A stretch of 64,000 nucleotides of DNA from a virus: IMG/VR virus record IMGVR_UViG_3300043499_000238, positions 47,141-111,140 of that record; one strand, written 5' to 3'. The notes under the pieces were generated by a model that saw only the letters and a list, made by a program, of their open reading frames with translations, searched no databases and was not told where the DNA came from. The position numbers and the translations under genes are program-made. Shown one piece after another: positions 45,874-55,360 of the stretch (the stretch's first letter is position 1; each line of letters starts with the position of its first letter).

Positions 45874-48800
45874 GTGCCGATCTATCGGACCGGCGCTGGC
45901 ATCTACACCGTCGTCCAGACGTGGGGTCAACTGACTGGTGGTGCTGTTGACGTAGCGAGCTTCGTCTCGCAGGTCAACGTCGCTGCGCCGCCGGTCGTCC
46001 CGCAGCGTTACGTCTCGCCGCTGAACATCGCCGTCCCATCGCTCTACCTCGTCCCCACCCCGACTGCCTACGTCGAGACCGGGCTGTCGATCTCGATCAC
46101 CGCCACCGTCGCCACCGTGACGGAGTCGGCCAAGTACAGAGAGCCGTGTGTCGTCACCGGCACTCCCTACCTCTACCCCACCACCGGCCGGGCCACCACG
46201 CCAGACCCCGGCATCCCTCCCTATCCCTTCCACTGGCTGGCCAAGCTGCGTGGTCCGCAGAGCACCTCGGCCTCCGACCAGTACGTCGCCAGCCAGGGCG
46301 CCGCATCCGGCTCCTACTCCTACGAGTTGGCCCGCCGTGGTACCTCGACGGCGACATCTGCGACTGGTGCTTACGTCAGTAGTGACGGGACTAACCGCTT
46401 CTTTGCCTCTGCTACGGCGCCGATCGACAAGGTGAATCCTCAGTACATCGCCGCCAGCATTCAGGACGACACCGTCAACACACGAGCCATTGTGTACACG
46501 TCTCCCGATGGCACGACGTGGACCCAGTACGGCTCCAACTCGAACACCAGGGTCACGGCGCTGTTCGACTCCAACGATGTGGTACGTATCGGGGGTCGAG
46601 CTAACGACACCAGCCTTGGTCGGTGGGACGACCGCATCTACTGGGTCGAGATGCGTAGCGGCCTCACCATCGGTGGTGGGACGTTGCTGTGGCGCTTCGA
46701 TGCGTCGGAGTGGGGTACCAGCACGACGTTGGTCGACCCTCGTGGTCTGACATGGACGTTGTCGGCAGCCGGTGCCATCGTCCAGCCGCCGGGTGTCGAG
46801 GCGACGGTCACCAGCACTGACATCTACCGCCAACATGAGCCTGGCCTCTCCATCCCGATCACAGCAACGGTCACCTGCACCGATGCGCTGAGGCACGCCT
46901 ATCAGGATCTCGGCCTCTCGATCACCATCGCCGCTGCCGTTACCGCAACCGACGTGGCCCACCGCAAGGAGATCGGCCTGTCACTGCCGATCGTCGGAAC
47001 GACAACGACATCCGACATCATCCACCGCAAGGAGCTTGCGCTCTCCGTTGCGATCGCGGCGACCGTCGCCTGCACCGACACCTACCACGCAGGGTCCACC
47101 AGCCAGAACTACAACGAGACCGGGCGCGTCCTGGCCATCGCCGCCACGACCACGCTGCCCACCACCTCGGCGCACTACCACGAGATCGGCACCCCGACCG
47201 CAGCTCCCTACCGCTTCGCCGAGGACTGGAACACCGCCGACGCCAGCAACTGGGACTTCCTCAAGTGGCCGCACCAGCGTCCGTTCGACTCGATCTCGGG
47301 CGGCGTGGGGATGATGGCGACGGGTGGCAGCCCGACGCAGGTCTACGGCGATACGTACGTCGAAGACTTCGAGATGACGGTCAAGATGACGTGGCCGTCG
47401 TCCATTGGCGGGCAGTATCCCGAGATCGCCTGGCGAGTCGCCGACGGCATGGGGAACATCGGCAGCATCACCGCCTACGCCATCCAGATCAACGGCTCGG
47501 GCAACGGCATCGACATCTTCAAGATCGGTGCGTACTCCTCGATCGGCAGCGCCTCCGACGCTTCGCTGTTTGCTGCTGGCACACGGTGGTTCAAGATCCG
47601 TGTGGTCGGCAACAACCACAAGGTCAAGTGGTGGCTCGACGGCTCGGCCGAACCAGGCACCTGGAACATCGACGCCACCGACGCCACGCCCCTCACCGAC
47701 TCCGCCGGTCTGCCAGTCGTGGGAGGTGGCATCGGCTTCCGCTACTGGGGCGCTACGCAGATCTGGTACGACGACCTCACCGTCACCGACCTGAACAGCA
47801 CGCCACTGCCGATCGACGGCTCGCTCCGCATGCTGAGCCACGGCAAGGTCAACATGGCGGGCAACGCCAACGTCTTCAACGTCGACACCGACCTGACGTG
47901 GTGCTGCTGGTTCAAGACGACCTCCCTCGTCGTCGGCTGCCCGGTGATGTCGTTGTTCAACGGCGGCTCCAACTACTGCATCACGACCCTGCAGTCCGAC
48001 GGTGTGCTGCGCCAGTACATGAGCACGGGCGACTTCAACATCGGCACCACCCTCTCGCTCAACACTTGGTACTTCATCGCCCTGTCTCGCTCGATCACCG
48101 GAGGCTCCGACCTCTACTGGGCGCCGCAGGGCACAACGACGTTGAGCAGTGTGCACAGTGCCAGCGTCGGTGTCGTCACCGGTCAGCCGCTGCGCCTGCT
48201 GTCGGACGAGTACGGCAGCAGCCCCTACGAGATGGGTGCCGCCTTCAAGGTGTGGAAGGCAGCGCTCACCCAGGCCCAGCTCGAAGCGGAGATGGCGACC
48301 TACAGCGCCGTGCGCACCGCCAACCTGTTCGCCTCGTGGCCCATGCGCAACGGGCTGAGTCCGTACTCGGAGAACCCCGTCGACAACAACCTGCTGCTCT
48401 ACTACGAGGCGGGCGGCATGGTCTCGGGGCCGGTGGCTTCCTTCCTCACCGATGCACCGGTACCGAGTGGTGGTGCGGGCAGTGGGTTGGCGATCGCGGT
48501 GGCAGCGGTCACCACTGCGACGGACAAGAAGGCGTACGCCGAGCTGGCGCTCTCCATCCCGATCGCAGCGACCGTCACCGAGACAGACCTGATCCACCGC
48601 AAGGAGCTGTCCCTCCCGCTCCCGGTGGCGGCAACGGTCACCGAGACCGGCGGGGCGCACTTCAAGGAGCTTGCGCTATCGCTCCCCATCGCCGCCGTCG
48701 TAGCGGTCAACGACGCCTTCGGCCACCTCGGCAACTTCTCGGACCTCAACCTGTCGATCCCGATCTCTGGCGCTGTGGTGACGACCAGCAAGGCGACGTT

Positions 48801-51291
48801 GAAGGAGCTTGTGCGCTCCATCCCGGTCGCCGCCACCATCACCCGCACCGACGTGTACACCGTCGGCTCTTCCCCCCTCATCCAAGAGGGCTTCCGCTGG
48901 CGCAACGACGACGGGTCCGAGACGACGGCGACGTGGCTGGCGGCGCAGGACACCAACGCCTCGCTCGCCCTCGCCTCAGCGGCACGGCTGCGCATGGTGG
49001 TCGACTCCGCTGCCGACCAGTCCTTCACGCCGACGCTGTACTACAAGAAGTCCACCGACTCGACGTGGCTGCCGGTGCCGGTCGGGGCGGGCGGTGGTGG
49101 TCCGGTGTACATCGCTACGTCGCCCAACGTCACTGCCGGTGGCCAGGCGACGACGGCGTTGCTCACCTCGCCCTCGGGCAAGACGACGACCGACTTCTCA
49201 GTGGGCCGGATGTGGGACGACGAGAACGGCAGTGACGTCCTCACGCTCAGCAGCGGTGGCGGCGGCACGACGCCAGTGACGATGACGATGCAGAGGATGA
49301 AGCCGTCGGCGGCGCTCAACGAGAACCTCACCGTCCGAGCGAAGGTGCTCGTCACTGCCGACGGGAACGTGCCCGGGCAGGGCGCCCCGCCGGGGTACGG
49401 CAACACCAACCAGCCGGTCGGCACCGTCACGTTCTACGACGGCGGGGTGCCGATGCTCACCACGCTGATCAACATCTTCGGTGAGGCCGACGTCGTTCGT
49501 GACGACCTGAGCGTGGGCACCCACAACATCACCGCCACCTACAACGGCACCGCCACCTACGCCACGGCGTCCGCCGGTCCGGTCGTCCAGACGATCACGG
49601 CGGCGAAGGTAGCCCCGACGCTGAGCACCTGGCAGGCCAACTACGACAGCTACGACCTCGCCAAGATCACCGAGTGGTACCAGTACAACACCGGCCACCT
49701 GGCGCAGGGCTTCGATCACTCGACGTTGTGGAACCCGGCCGGTGGCTCCAGCCTCGCCGACGTCGAGATCGACGCCGCCTGGCTGGCCGCCAACGCTGCG
49801 GCGGGCAAGGTCGTCAACACGGGCGGCAGCAACTGGACGATCACCGGACTCCGCTCGTCACGGTTCGAGATCAGGGTGAGCAACCTGATCTTCAACCACT
49901 GCCTCGCCAAGCGGGTGAACTTCGCCACGGTGTGGGGTGGAGGCTTCGGCTTCTACCAAGTGGGCGTCGGCACCGACAACATCACCATCACCAACGTCAC
50001 CTTCAACTACTGCACCGGCTTCACCGACGGGACCGGCGTCGAGTCCGGTGGCTGGGGCACCAACATCGGTACGTACGGCGATGCGATGGGCTACGACCCG
50101 GCCACTCCGGCGCCCAACCAGGTCGTCTTCAACTACTGCGAGTTCTCGCAGTGGCGGGCCGGGTTCCTCACCCAGGGTGGCGTCACCGCCAACTACTGCT
50201 GGGTCCACACCCTCGACCTGTACGGCCTCGACCCGCACAACACGTCGGGGTCGATCAGGGACCAGTACACGACGTTCTACCGCAACCTGTTCTGTGACGG
50301 CACGTCGTCTGACATCTCGCTCTACGCCGACAACAACCCGTACACCAACTTCTGGCTCACTGAGAACATCCTCTGGTTGGACGGCGACCACGCCTCTCAG
50401 GAGATCAACTTCCCAGTGCGCGGCACCGGTTGGTCGCCGCTGCTGCCGGGCTACGTGCGCGAGTGCGTCGGCAACCTGGCGCAGGATGGCTCCGGCGGTG
50501 ACTTCGCCTACTTCTCGAAGGTCGCCGGTAACCGCATGCTCGGTGCTGGCAAGAAGATATGGGGTTGCGCCGATGCGGTGCAGACCACCAACGACCCGTC
50601 AGTGCTGACGCTGATGCCGCCCAGCGAGTACTTCGGGCACGCCTCCGTCTACGACACCTACACCTTCACGCCGTCGCCCAACTCGACGCTGTTCCTGTTC
50701 CAGGGGACCGGCCAGTTCGCTCACGCCACGACGCCGAGCCTGGCCGTCACCGACTCGGCAGGAGGTGGTAGCTGGGCGGCGGTGACCGGAGCGTCGACAC
50801 CGATCGAGGGCTACTGGGGCAACACCAACTACGGCATGTCGGCCTCCCTGGTGACCCAGCAGCCGGGTGCCACTCCGGTGTTCCGTCACCTCACCATCGA
50901 TCCGTACTCCGGTAGCAGTGCCGAGGGTGTGGCGGCGACGATGGTCGTGGAGGTCACCGGGCGCACCGGGATGACGTTGGCCAAGCCGGTGGTGCTCAGC
51001 GCCAAGGGCAATGCCACGTCGTTCGGCGCCCACCTCGGCACGTTCAGCTCGGGCACGTTGGCGTCGCCTGCCACGAGCGGTCACCTGGTGATGTGGTTCA
51101 TCGCCTTCCGCCACGATCTCGAAGGTGGCATCCCCGCTCCGCCCGCTGGCTGGTTCATGACCGGCAACAACTGGGACCGTGAGGTGGGGACCGCCCTGCT
51201 GTGGCGCAGGGACTTCACCGGCAGCAGTGTCACCATCTCCGACATGGGCGTGCTCGACGTCGCCGTGTCGATCCTCTGTGAGTTCAACTGA
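45874..51291 (+). CDS. 1805-aa mosaic fibre/adhesin (~24-aa stalk repeats, LamG-like, Ig-like and beta-helix domains)
   Basis: Repeats ExxLSIPIAATVTxTD; GTVTFYDG...LSVGTHNITATYNG (Ig-like); beta-helix-like segment. Confidence 0.8.
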   Translation: MPIYRTGAGIYTVVQTWGQLTGGAVDVASFVSQVNVAAPPVVPQRYVSPLNIAVPSLYLVPTPTAYVETGLSISITATVATVTESAKYREPCVVTGTPYLYPTTGRATTPDPGIPPYPFHWLAKLRGPQSTSASDQYVASQGAASGSYSYELARRGTSTATSATGAYVSSDGTNRFFASATAPIDKVNPQYIAASIQDDTVNTRAIVYTSPDGTTWTQYGSNSNTRVTALFDSNDVVRIGGRANDTSLGRWDDRIYWVEMRSGLTIGGGTLLWRFDASEWGTSTTLVDPRGLTWTLSAAGAIVQPPGVEATVTSTDIYRQHEPGLSIPITATVTCTDALRHAYQDLGLSITIAAAVTATDVAHRKEIGLSLPIVGTTTTSDIIHRKELALSVAIAATVACTDTYHAGSTSQNYNETGRVLAIAATTTLPTTSAHYHEIGTPTAAPYRFAEDWNTADASNWDFLKWPHQRPFDSISGGVGMMATGGSPTQVYGDTYVEDFEMTVKMTWPSSIGGQYPEIAWRVADGMGNIGSITAYAIQINGSGNGIDIFKIGAYSSIGSASDASLFAAGTRWFKIRVVGNNHKVKWWLDGSAEPGTWNIDATDATPLTDSAGLPVVGGGIGFRYWGATQIWYDDLTVTDLNSTPLPIDGSLRMLSHGKVNMAGNANVFNVDTDLTWCCWFKTTSLVVGCPVMSLFNGGSNYCITTLQSDGVLRQYMSTGDFNIGTTLSLNTWYFIALSRSITGGSDLYWAPQGTTTLSSVHSASVGVVTGQPLRLLSDEYGSSPYEMGAAFKVWKAALTQAQLEAEMATYSAVRTANLFASWPMRNGLSPYSENPVDNNLLLYYEAGGMVSGPVASFLTDAPVPSGGAGSGLAIAVAAVTTATDKKAYAELALSIPIAATVTETDLIHRKELSLPLPVAATVTETGGAHFKELALSLPIAAVVAVNDAFGHLGNFSDLNLSIPISGAVVTTSKATLKELVRSIPVAATITRTDVYTVGSSPLIQEGFRWRNDDGSETTATWLAAQDTNASLALASAARLRMVVDSAADQSFTPTLYYKKSTDSTWLPVPVGAGGGGPVYIATSPNVTAGGQATTALLTSPSGKTTTDFSVGRMWDDENGSDVLTLSSGGGGTTPVTMTMQRMKPSAALNENLTVRAKVLVTADGNVPGQGAPPGYGNTNQPVGTVTFYDGGVPMLTTLINIFGEADVVRDDLSVGTHNITATYNGTATYATASAGPVVQTITAAKVAPTLSTWQANYDSYDLAKITEWYQYNTGHLAQGFDHSTLWNPAGGSSLADVEIDAAWLAANAAAGKVVNTGGSNWTITGLRSSRFEIRVSNLIFNHCLAKRVNFATVWGGGFGFYQVGVGTDNITITNVTFNYCTGFTDGTGVESGGWGTNIGTYGDAMGYDPATPAPNQVVFNYCEFSQWRAGFLTQGGVTANYCWVHTLDLYGLDPHNTSGSIRDQYTTFYRNLFCDGTSSDISLYADNNPYTNFWLTENILWLDGDHASQEINFPVRGTGWSPLLPGYVRECVGNLAQDGSGGDFAYFSKVAGNRMLGAGKKIWGCADAVQTTNDPSVLTLMPPSEYFGHASVYDTYTFTPSPNSTLFLFQGTGQFAHATTPSLAVTDSAGGGSWAAVTGASTPIEGYWGNTNYGMSASLVTQQPGATPVFRHLTIDPYSGSSAEGVAATMVVEVTGRTGMTLAKPVVLSAKGNATSFGAHLGTFSSGTLASPATSGHLVMWFIAFRHDLEGGIPAPPAGWFMTGNNWDREVGTALLWRRDFTGSSVTISDMGVLDVAVSILCEFN

Positions 51292-52571
51292 TGGCCAAGT
51301 ACACCGAAGTTGAATGGAGCCTGCGGCTACAGGCTCCGGCGACCAGCACCGAGGTCTACCAGTTCCGCCTCTACGACGGGAGCACGCCACTCACCGTCGC
51401 TGTGACGCCACAGCTCACGGTGGCTGCGGTCGTCAACTACAACGAGACCGGTCGCTCGATCACCGCCGTCGGAACGTTGGCGGCGACCGACAGGCAGGGG
51501 AACAAGGAGCTGGCGCGCTCGATCCTGGTGACGGGGACGGCGGCGACCACCGAGCTGATCCATCGCAAAGAGATCGGCGTGGCCCTGCCGATCGCCGCCA
51601 CGGTCACGGAGACAGACCAGGCGGACTTCCACGATCCTGGCCTCTCGATCCCCATCGCCGCCACGGTCACCTGCACCGACGTCTTCGGTCACTTCGGCAA
51701 CTTCACCGAGCTGAACCGCTCCATCCCCATCGCCGCCACCACCACGATGGTGGAGCAGGCCGACTACCACGAGACGGCGCTCTCGGTCACCGCCACTGCC
51801 ACGACCACCGCCACCGACACCTGCAAGCGCCGGGAGCCGAGCCTCTCCATCCCCGTCGTCGCAGCAACGACGTTGGCCGTCGACCAGGCCGACTACGAGG
51901 ACCACCCGGTCAGCTTCTCGATCGACAGCACCGTCACGGTGTTCGACAACCATTCGTCGCCCGGGCACTACGACGAGACGGATCGCCCGATCTTCATCTC
52001 GGCGACTGTCACGCTGCCGGTCGACCAGGCGGACTTCGACCAGCTCGGTCTCAGCGTGGCGGTGGCGGCGACGACCACGGTCACCGATCTCCTCCACCGT
52101 TACGAGCCGCAGCTCTCCATCCCGGTGTCGGCCACGACGGCACTTACCGACCGCCTTCACCTCTACGAGCCGACCAGTGTGCTCATCGACGCCACGGTCG
52201 ACGCCACCAGCCAGGCTGACTATGAGGACCACCCGGTCAGCATCACGGCTGCTGCCACCGTCACGATGCCGATCGAGTCGGTCGGGCGGCACGAGCTGGC
52301 GATGCCGGTCGCCATCACCGCGACCATCGACGCCACCTACCGTTCGAGCTACCGACAGCTCGCTCTGCCGATCGACGTGATGGCGACGACGTCGATGGGC
52401 GACTCGCTGCACGGGGTGATGCTGTTGGTCGTGCTAGCTGTCGCCAGGATCACCTGCACCGACTTCCGGTCGAGGGTGGGGATCGTCATGATCAACGACG
52501 CTGATGCGATGTACCTCGGCGACGAGGAAGTGTTCGCTGTGTTCGCAGGCGCCGACCGGGCCTGGCCCTAA
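51291..52571 (+). CDS. Fibre stalk protein with the same repeats; C-terminal NDADAMYLG...AWP docking-type motif
   Basis: TGATG overlap; many ~24-aa repeats. Confidence 0.8.
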   Translation: MAKYTEVEWSLRLQAPATSTEVYQFRLYDGSTPLTVAVTPQLTVAAVVNYNETGRSITAVGTLAATDRQGNKELARSILVTGTAATTELIHRKEIGVALPIAATVTETDQADFHDPGLSIPIAATVTCTDVFGHFGNFTELNRSIPIAATTTMVEQADYHETALSVTATATTTATDTCKRREPSLSIPVVAATTLAVDQADYEDHPVSFSIDSTVTVFDNHSSPGHYDETDRPIFISATVTLPVDQADFDQLGLSVAVAATTTVTDLLHRYEPQLSIPVSATTALTDRLHLYEPTSVLIDATVDATSQADYEDHPVSITAAATVTMPIESVGRHELAMPVAITATIDATYRSSYRQLALPIDVMATTSMGDSLHGVMLLVVLAVARITCTDFRSRVGIVMINDADAMYLGDEEVFAVFAGADRAWP

Positions 52572-52581
52572 GGAGTAACTC

Positions 52582-52926
52582 ATGCCGCTCAACGACACCT
52601 GTCTCAACATCGGTGCCAGCGCCATGCGCTCGGCGCTGGCGTGGGTCTCACTGCACAAGGCGATCCCCAACGGTGCGGGCAACAACGAGACGACGGCACC
52701 GCGCGTGGCGTCAGCGTGGGCACCACCGATGGTGGGCGATCTCGTCTCGGCCTCGCTGGCCTTCACGGGTGGCATCCCCAACGGGCCGATCGCCGCCGTG
52801 GGCTTCTGGAACCTCTTCGCAGGTGGCACGTTCTACGGCTACTACGTGGTGGAGGGCGACAAGGTCTTCAACGCATCGGGCCAGTTCACGCTGGGTGCCT
52901 TCACCCTCGTCGGCTCCAGCTCCTGA
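52582..52926 (+). CDS. Virion structural protein
   Basis: AAGGAG RBS; WVSLH..P..G.NE...GGTFYG...FNASGQFTL. Confidence 0.7.
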   Translation: MPLNDTCLNIGASAMRSALAWVSLHKAIPNGAGNNETTAPRVASAWAPPMVGDLVSASLAFTGGIPNGPIAAVGFWNLFAGGTFYGYYVVEGDKVFNASGQFTLGAFTLVGSSS

Positions 52927-52941
52927 TCTAGGCTGGCCACA

Positions 52942-53289
52942 ATGGGCTACCTACCGTCACCCCGCGCCCAGGTCAAGGACAACGCCGCAGGCGTGGTGAT
53001 CCCTGACTCGGCGCAGCTCCCGGCGGCCCACACCGACTTCATGAAGATCGTCGGAGCGATCGAGTCGAACCTCGTGCTGCGGCTGCCGAGCATCGCCCAG
53101 GCGACGACTGCTCCCTACGATCTCTCGCCGCTGCAGAACGGCATGGTCGTGGTCACCACGTCCGCCCCCTACGAGGTGTACTTCCGTGCCAATGGTGCAT
53201 GGGTGAAGATCTACCCGAGGATCTACAACGGCACGACCGTCCCATCGGCTGCGCTCGGCGTGGACGACGACCTCTACATCCAGTACTAG
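52942..53289 (+). CDS. Short fibre adaptor ending GTTVPSAALGVDDDLYIQY
   Basis: TAGGCT-7-ATG; typical fibre terminal motif. Confidence 0.7.
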   Translation: MGYLPSPRAQVKDNAAGVVIPDSAQLPAAHTDFMKIVGAIESNLVLRLPSIAQATTAPYDLSPLQNGMVVVTTSAPYEVYFRANGAWVKIYPRIYNGTTVPSAALGVDDDLYIQY

Positions 53290-53295
53290 GCCGCC

Positions 53296-54972
53296 GTGCC
53301 CGCCAGCGTCAAGAAGGCCGGGGTACACAAGCCGACGGTGCAGCCGTACGTCAAGGTCGGCGGCACGCAACGCCCGGGCAAGAAGCTGTACCTCAAGAAG
53401 GCTGGAGCTTGGGGCGAGGTGTGGCCTCGCATCCCCAACCCGCCGACCAACGTCAAGATGACGACGACGGTGGTGGGCGACAACGTCGTCATCAACGGCT
53501 CGTGGTCGGCGCCGGTCGCTGGCGGCTGGCCGTGGAACGTCTACCGAGTGCGCATCCACTTCCCCAACCGCACGGGCCGCGCACAGATGACGCCGTGGGT
53601 GGAGAAGACGCCCGGCCAGCTCACCTTCTCCGACGACAACGAGGGCGTCGGCTGGCAGCACGCAGCGGGCGAGAAGGTACAGGTCGAGGTGTGGACGGTG
53701 CGCAAGGCCACCAGCAACGAGCTGGAGCAGACCAGCGCCATCATCGCCTCGACGGGTCTCTCGATCCCCGGCGCCACCGCACCGCCAGTGATCCCCACGC
53801 TGCCCGGCCCGCCAGCACCGACGAGCTTCGACGTCAACATCTCCGAGTGCGAGATGACGCAGACGTGGGTGCACCCAGGTGGCAACTCGCTCAGCCGCTT
53901 CGAGATCCAGACGTGGCTGACCGGCGGCGCCGTCACGACGTACACGGTCACCGCTGCCTCTCGTAAGTGGACGACCTTCCCGTGGAACGCCGACACCATC
54001 GGGCGCGCCACGGTCAACACACAGATCCGCGCTGTCGGCCCGGGCGGTGCGAGCGTGTGGACCAAGATCTCCGGTGTCATGCCGGGGCCGGTGTCGCTGT
54101 CGAACTACGGGTACTCGGGCGGCGTGTCGGGCGCCTCGCTGTTCTGCACGGTCGACAACATGGACGACGGCGTGGTCGTGTACACGCAGAAGTACGGCGC
54201 CAATCCGGTGCTGCAGAGCACCAACGCTGGCAACGCAGGCAAGGTCACGTACGGCTACACCAACTCGTTCAGCCACGCCCGCGACAACGTCACGCGCTAC
54301 CGCCTCGGCTTCCTCCCACGCAACGCCACGGCTGGCCCTGCGCTCGGCTGGACGGGGCGCCCGCAGTGGGGTGGGTGGTGCATCAAGATCCCCAACCCCG
54401 TGTTCATCAAGCCGGTCGACTGCAACACCTGGTGGTCGATCCCCATCCCCGGCAAGTGGCGCACCAACCCGCAGGCTGACAACTGGTTCTACCAAGGCAA
54501 GTCGATCAGCGGGAACAGCTACGGCACGCTCTTCTACCAGACGCAGGTGCCCGACTACTTCGCTGTTGCGCGCATCGGCTACTCGGTGACGATCACCTCG
54601 TGGGACGTGTACACCAAGCGCACCAACACGGGCGGCCTGGTCGCAGCGGTGGCGCTCAACACCTGGACCCACGCACGCGACAACGACGTGTACGACTCGG
54701 CACCCGGGCTGGTCGACGGGCCGTTGGTCGGGCCGTCGCTCGCCCGTGACCAGAAGATCTGGCTCGCCCTGCCGATGGGATGGTTCGCCAACATGATGTC
54801 GTTGGCAGCTCGCGGCATCACCTACTACGTGCCGCCAGGCCAGGCTGACAATCAGCTCCGCCCCGAGATCGGCAACGTCTCGAACCGCTACATGATCCTC
54901 GACAAGCCGACGTACGGCTCCACCCTCGACGGGCAGATACCCGGGACGCTGAGGATCTACCACGATGCCTAG
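53296..54972 (+). CDS. Fibre/receptor-binding protein with FN3-like repeats
   Basis: N-terminal PYVKVGG..LYLKKAGAWGEVWP; PNPPTNV..WSAP, PPAPTSF..IRAVGPGG. Confidence 0.7.
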   Translation: MPASVKKAGVHKPTVQPYVKVGGTQRPGKKLYLKKAGAWGEVWPRIPNPPTNVKMTTTVVGDNVVINGSWSAPVAGGWPWNVYRVRIHFPNRTGRAQMTPWVEKTPGQLTFSDDNEGVGWQHAAGEKVQVEVWTVRKATSNELEQTSAIIASTGLSIPGATAPPVIPTLPGPPAPTSFDVNISECEMTQTWVHPGGNSLSRFEIQTWLTGGAVTTYTVTAASRKWTTFPWNADTIGRATVNTQIRAVGPGGASVWTKISGVMPGPVSLSNYGYSGGVSGASLFCTVDNMDDGVVVYTQKYGANPVLQSTNAGNAGKVTYGYTNSFSHARDNVTRYRLGFLPRNATAGPALGWTGRPQWGGWCIKIPNPVFIKPVDCNTWWSIPIPGKWRTNPQADNWFYQGKSISGNSYGTLFYQTQVPDYFAVARIGYSVTITSWDVYTKRTNTGGLVAAVALNTWTHARDNDVYDSAPGLVDGPLVGPSLARDQKIWLALPMGWFANMMSLAARGITYYVPPGQADNQLRPEIGNVSNRYMILDKPTYGSTLDGQIPGTLRIYHDA

Positions 54973-55360
54973 GACGTTGATGATCCCGCTGACGCTCAAC
55001 AGCGACGGCACGTTCGCCACCACCGACGACCCCGTGCAGGTGGTGCGCCTGCGCATCCTCGACCTGTTGGTCACCAGCAACTGGGAGCGCGTGCACCGCC
55101 CGACGCACGGGTGCGATCTCGAAGGCTTCCTCTACACCAACGTGGTCGACCACATCCTGGCGTTGAAGGCCGACGAGATCATGACCACGATCAACAACAC
55201 GCTGACGTACGGAGAGGTGGTGCAGGTACGCCTGACGCCAGTGCCTGCTCCCGAGTCGGCCGTGGCGGTCGAGGTACTGTACCGGGTGTACGCAGGCGGG
55301 GAGATCGAGTCGTTGGTGCAGACCTTCACCGGGGTCGCTGAGGAAGGGAACCCGTCATGA
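54965..55360 (+). CDS. Baseplate wedge protein (gp25/GpW-like)
   Basis: LLVTSNWERVHRPTHGCDL. Confidence 0.85.
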   Translation: MPRTLMIPLTLNSDGTFATTDDPVQVVRLRILDLLVTSNWERVHRPTHGCDLEGFLYTNVVDHILALKADEIMTTINNTLTYGEVVQVRLTPVPAPESAVAVEVLYRVYAGGEIESLVQTFTGVAEEGNPS

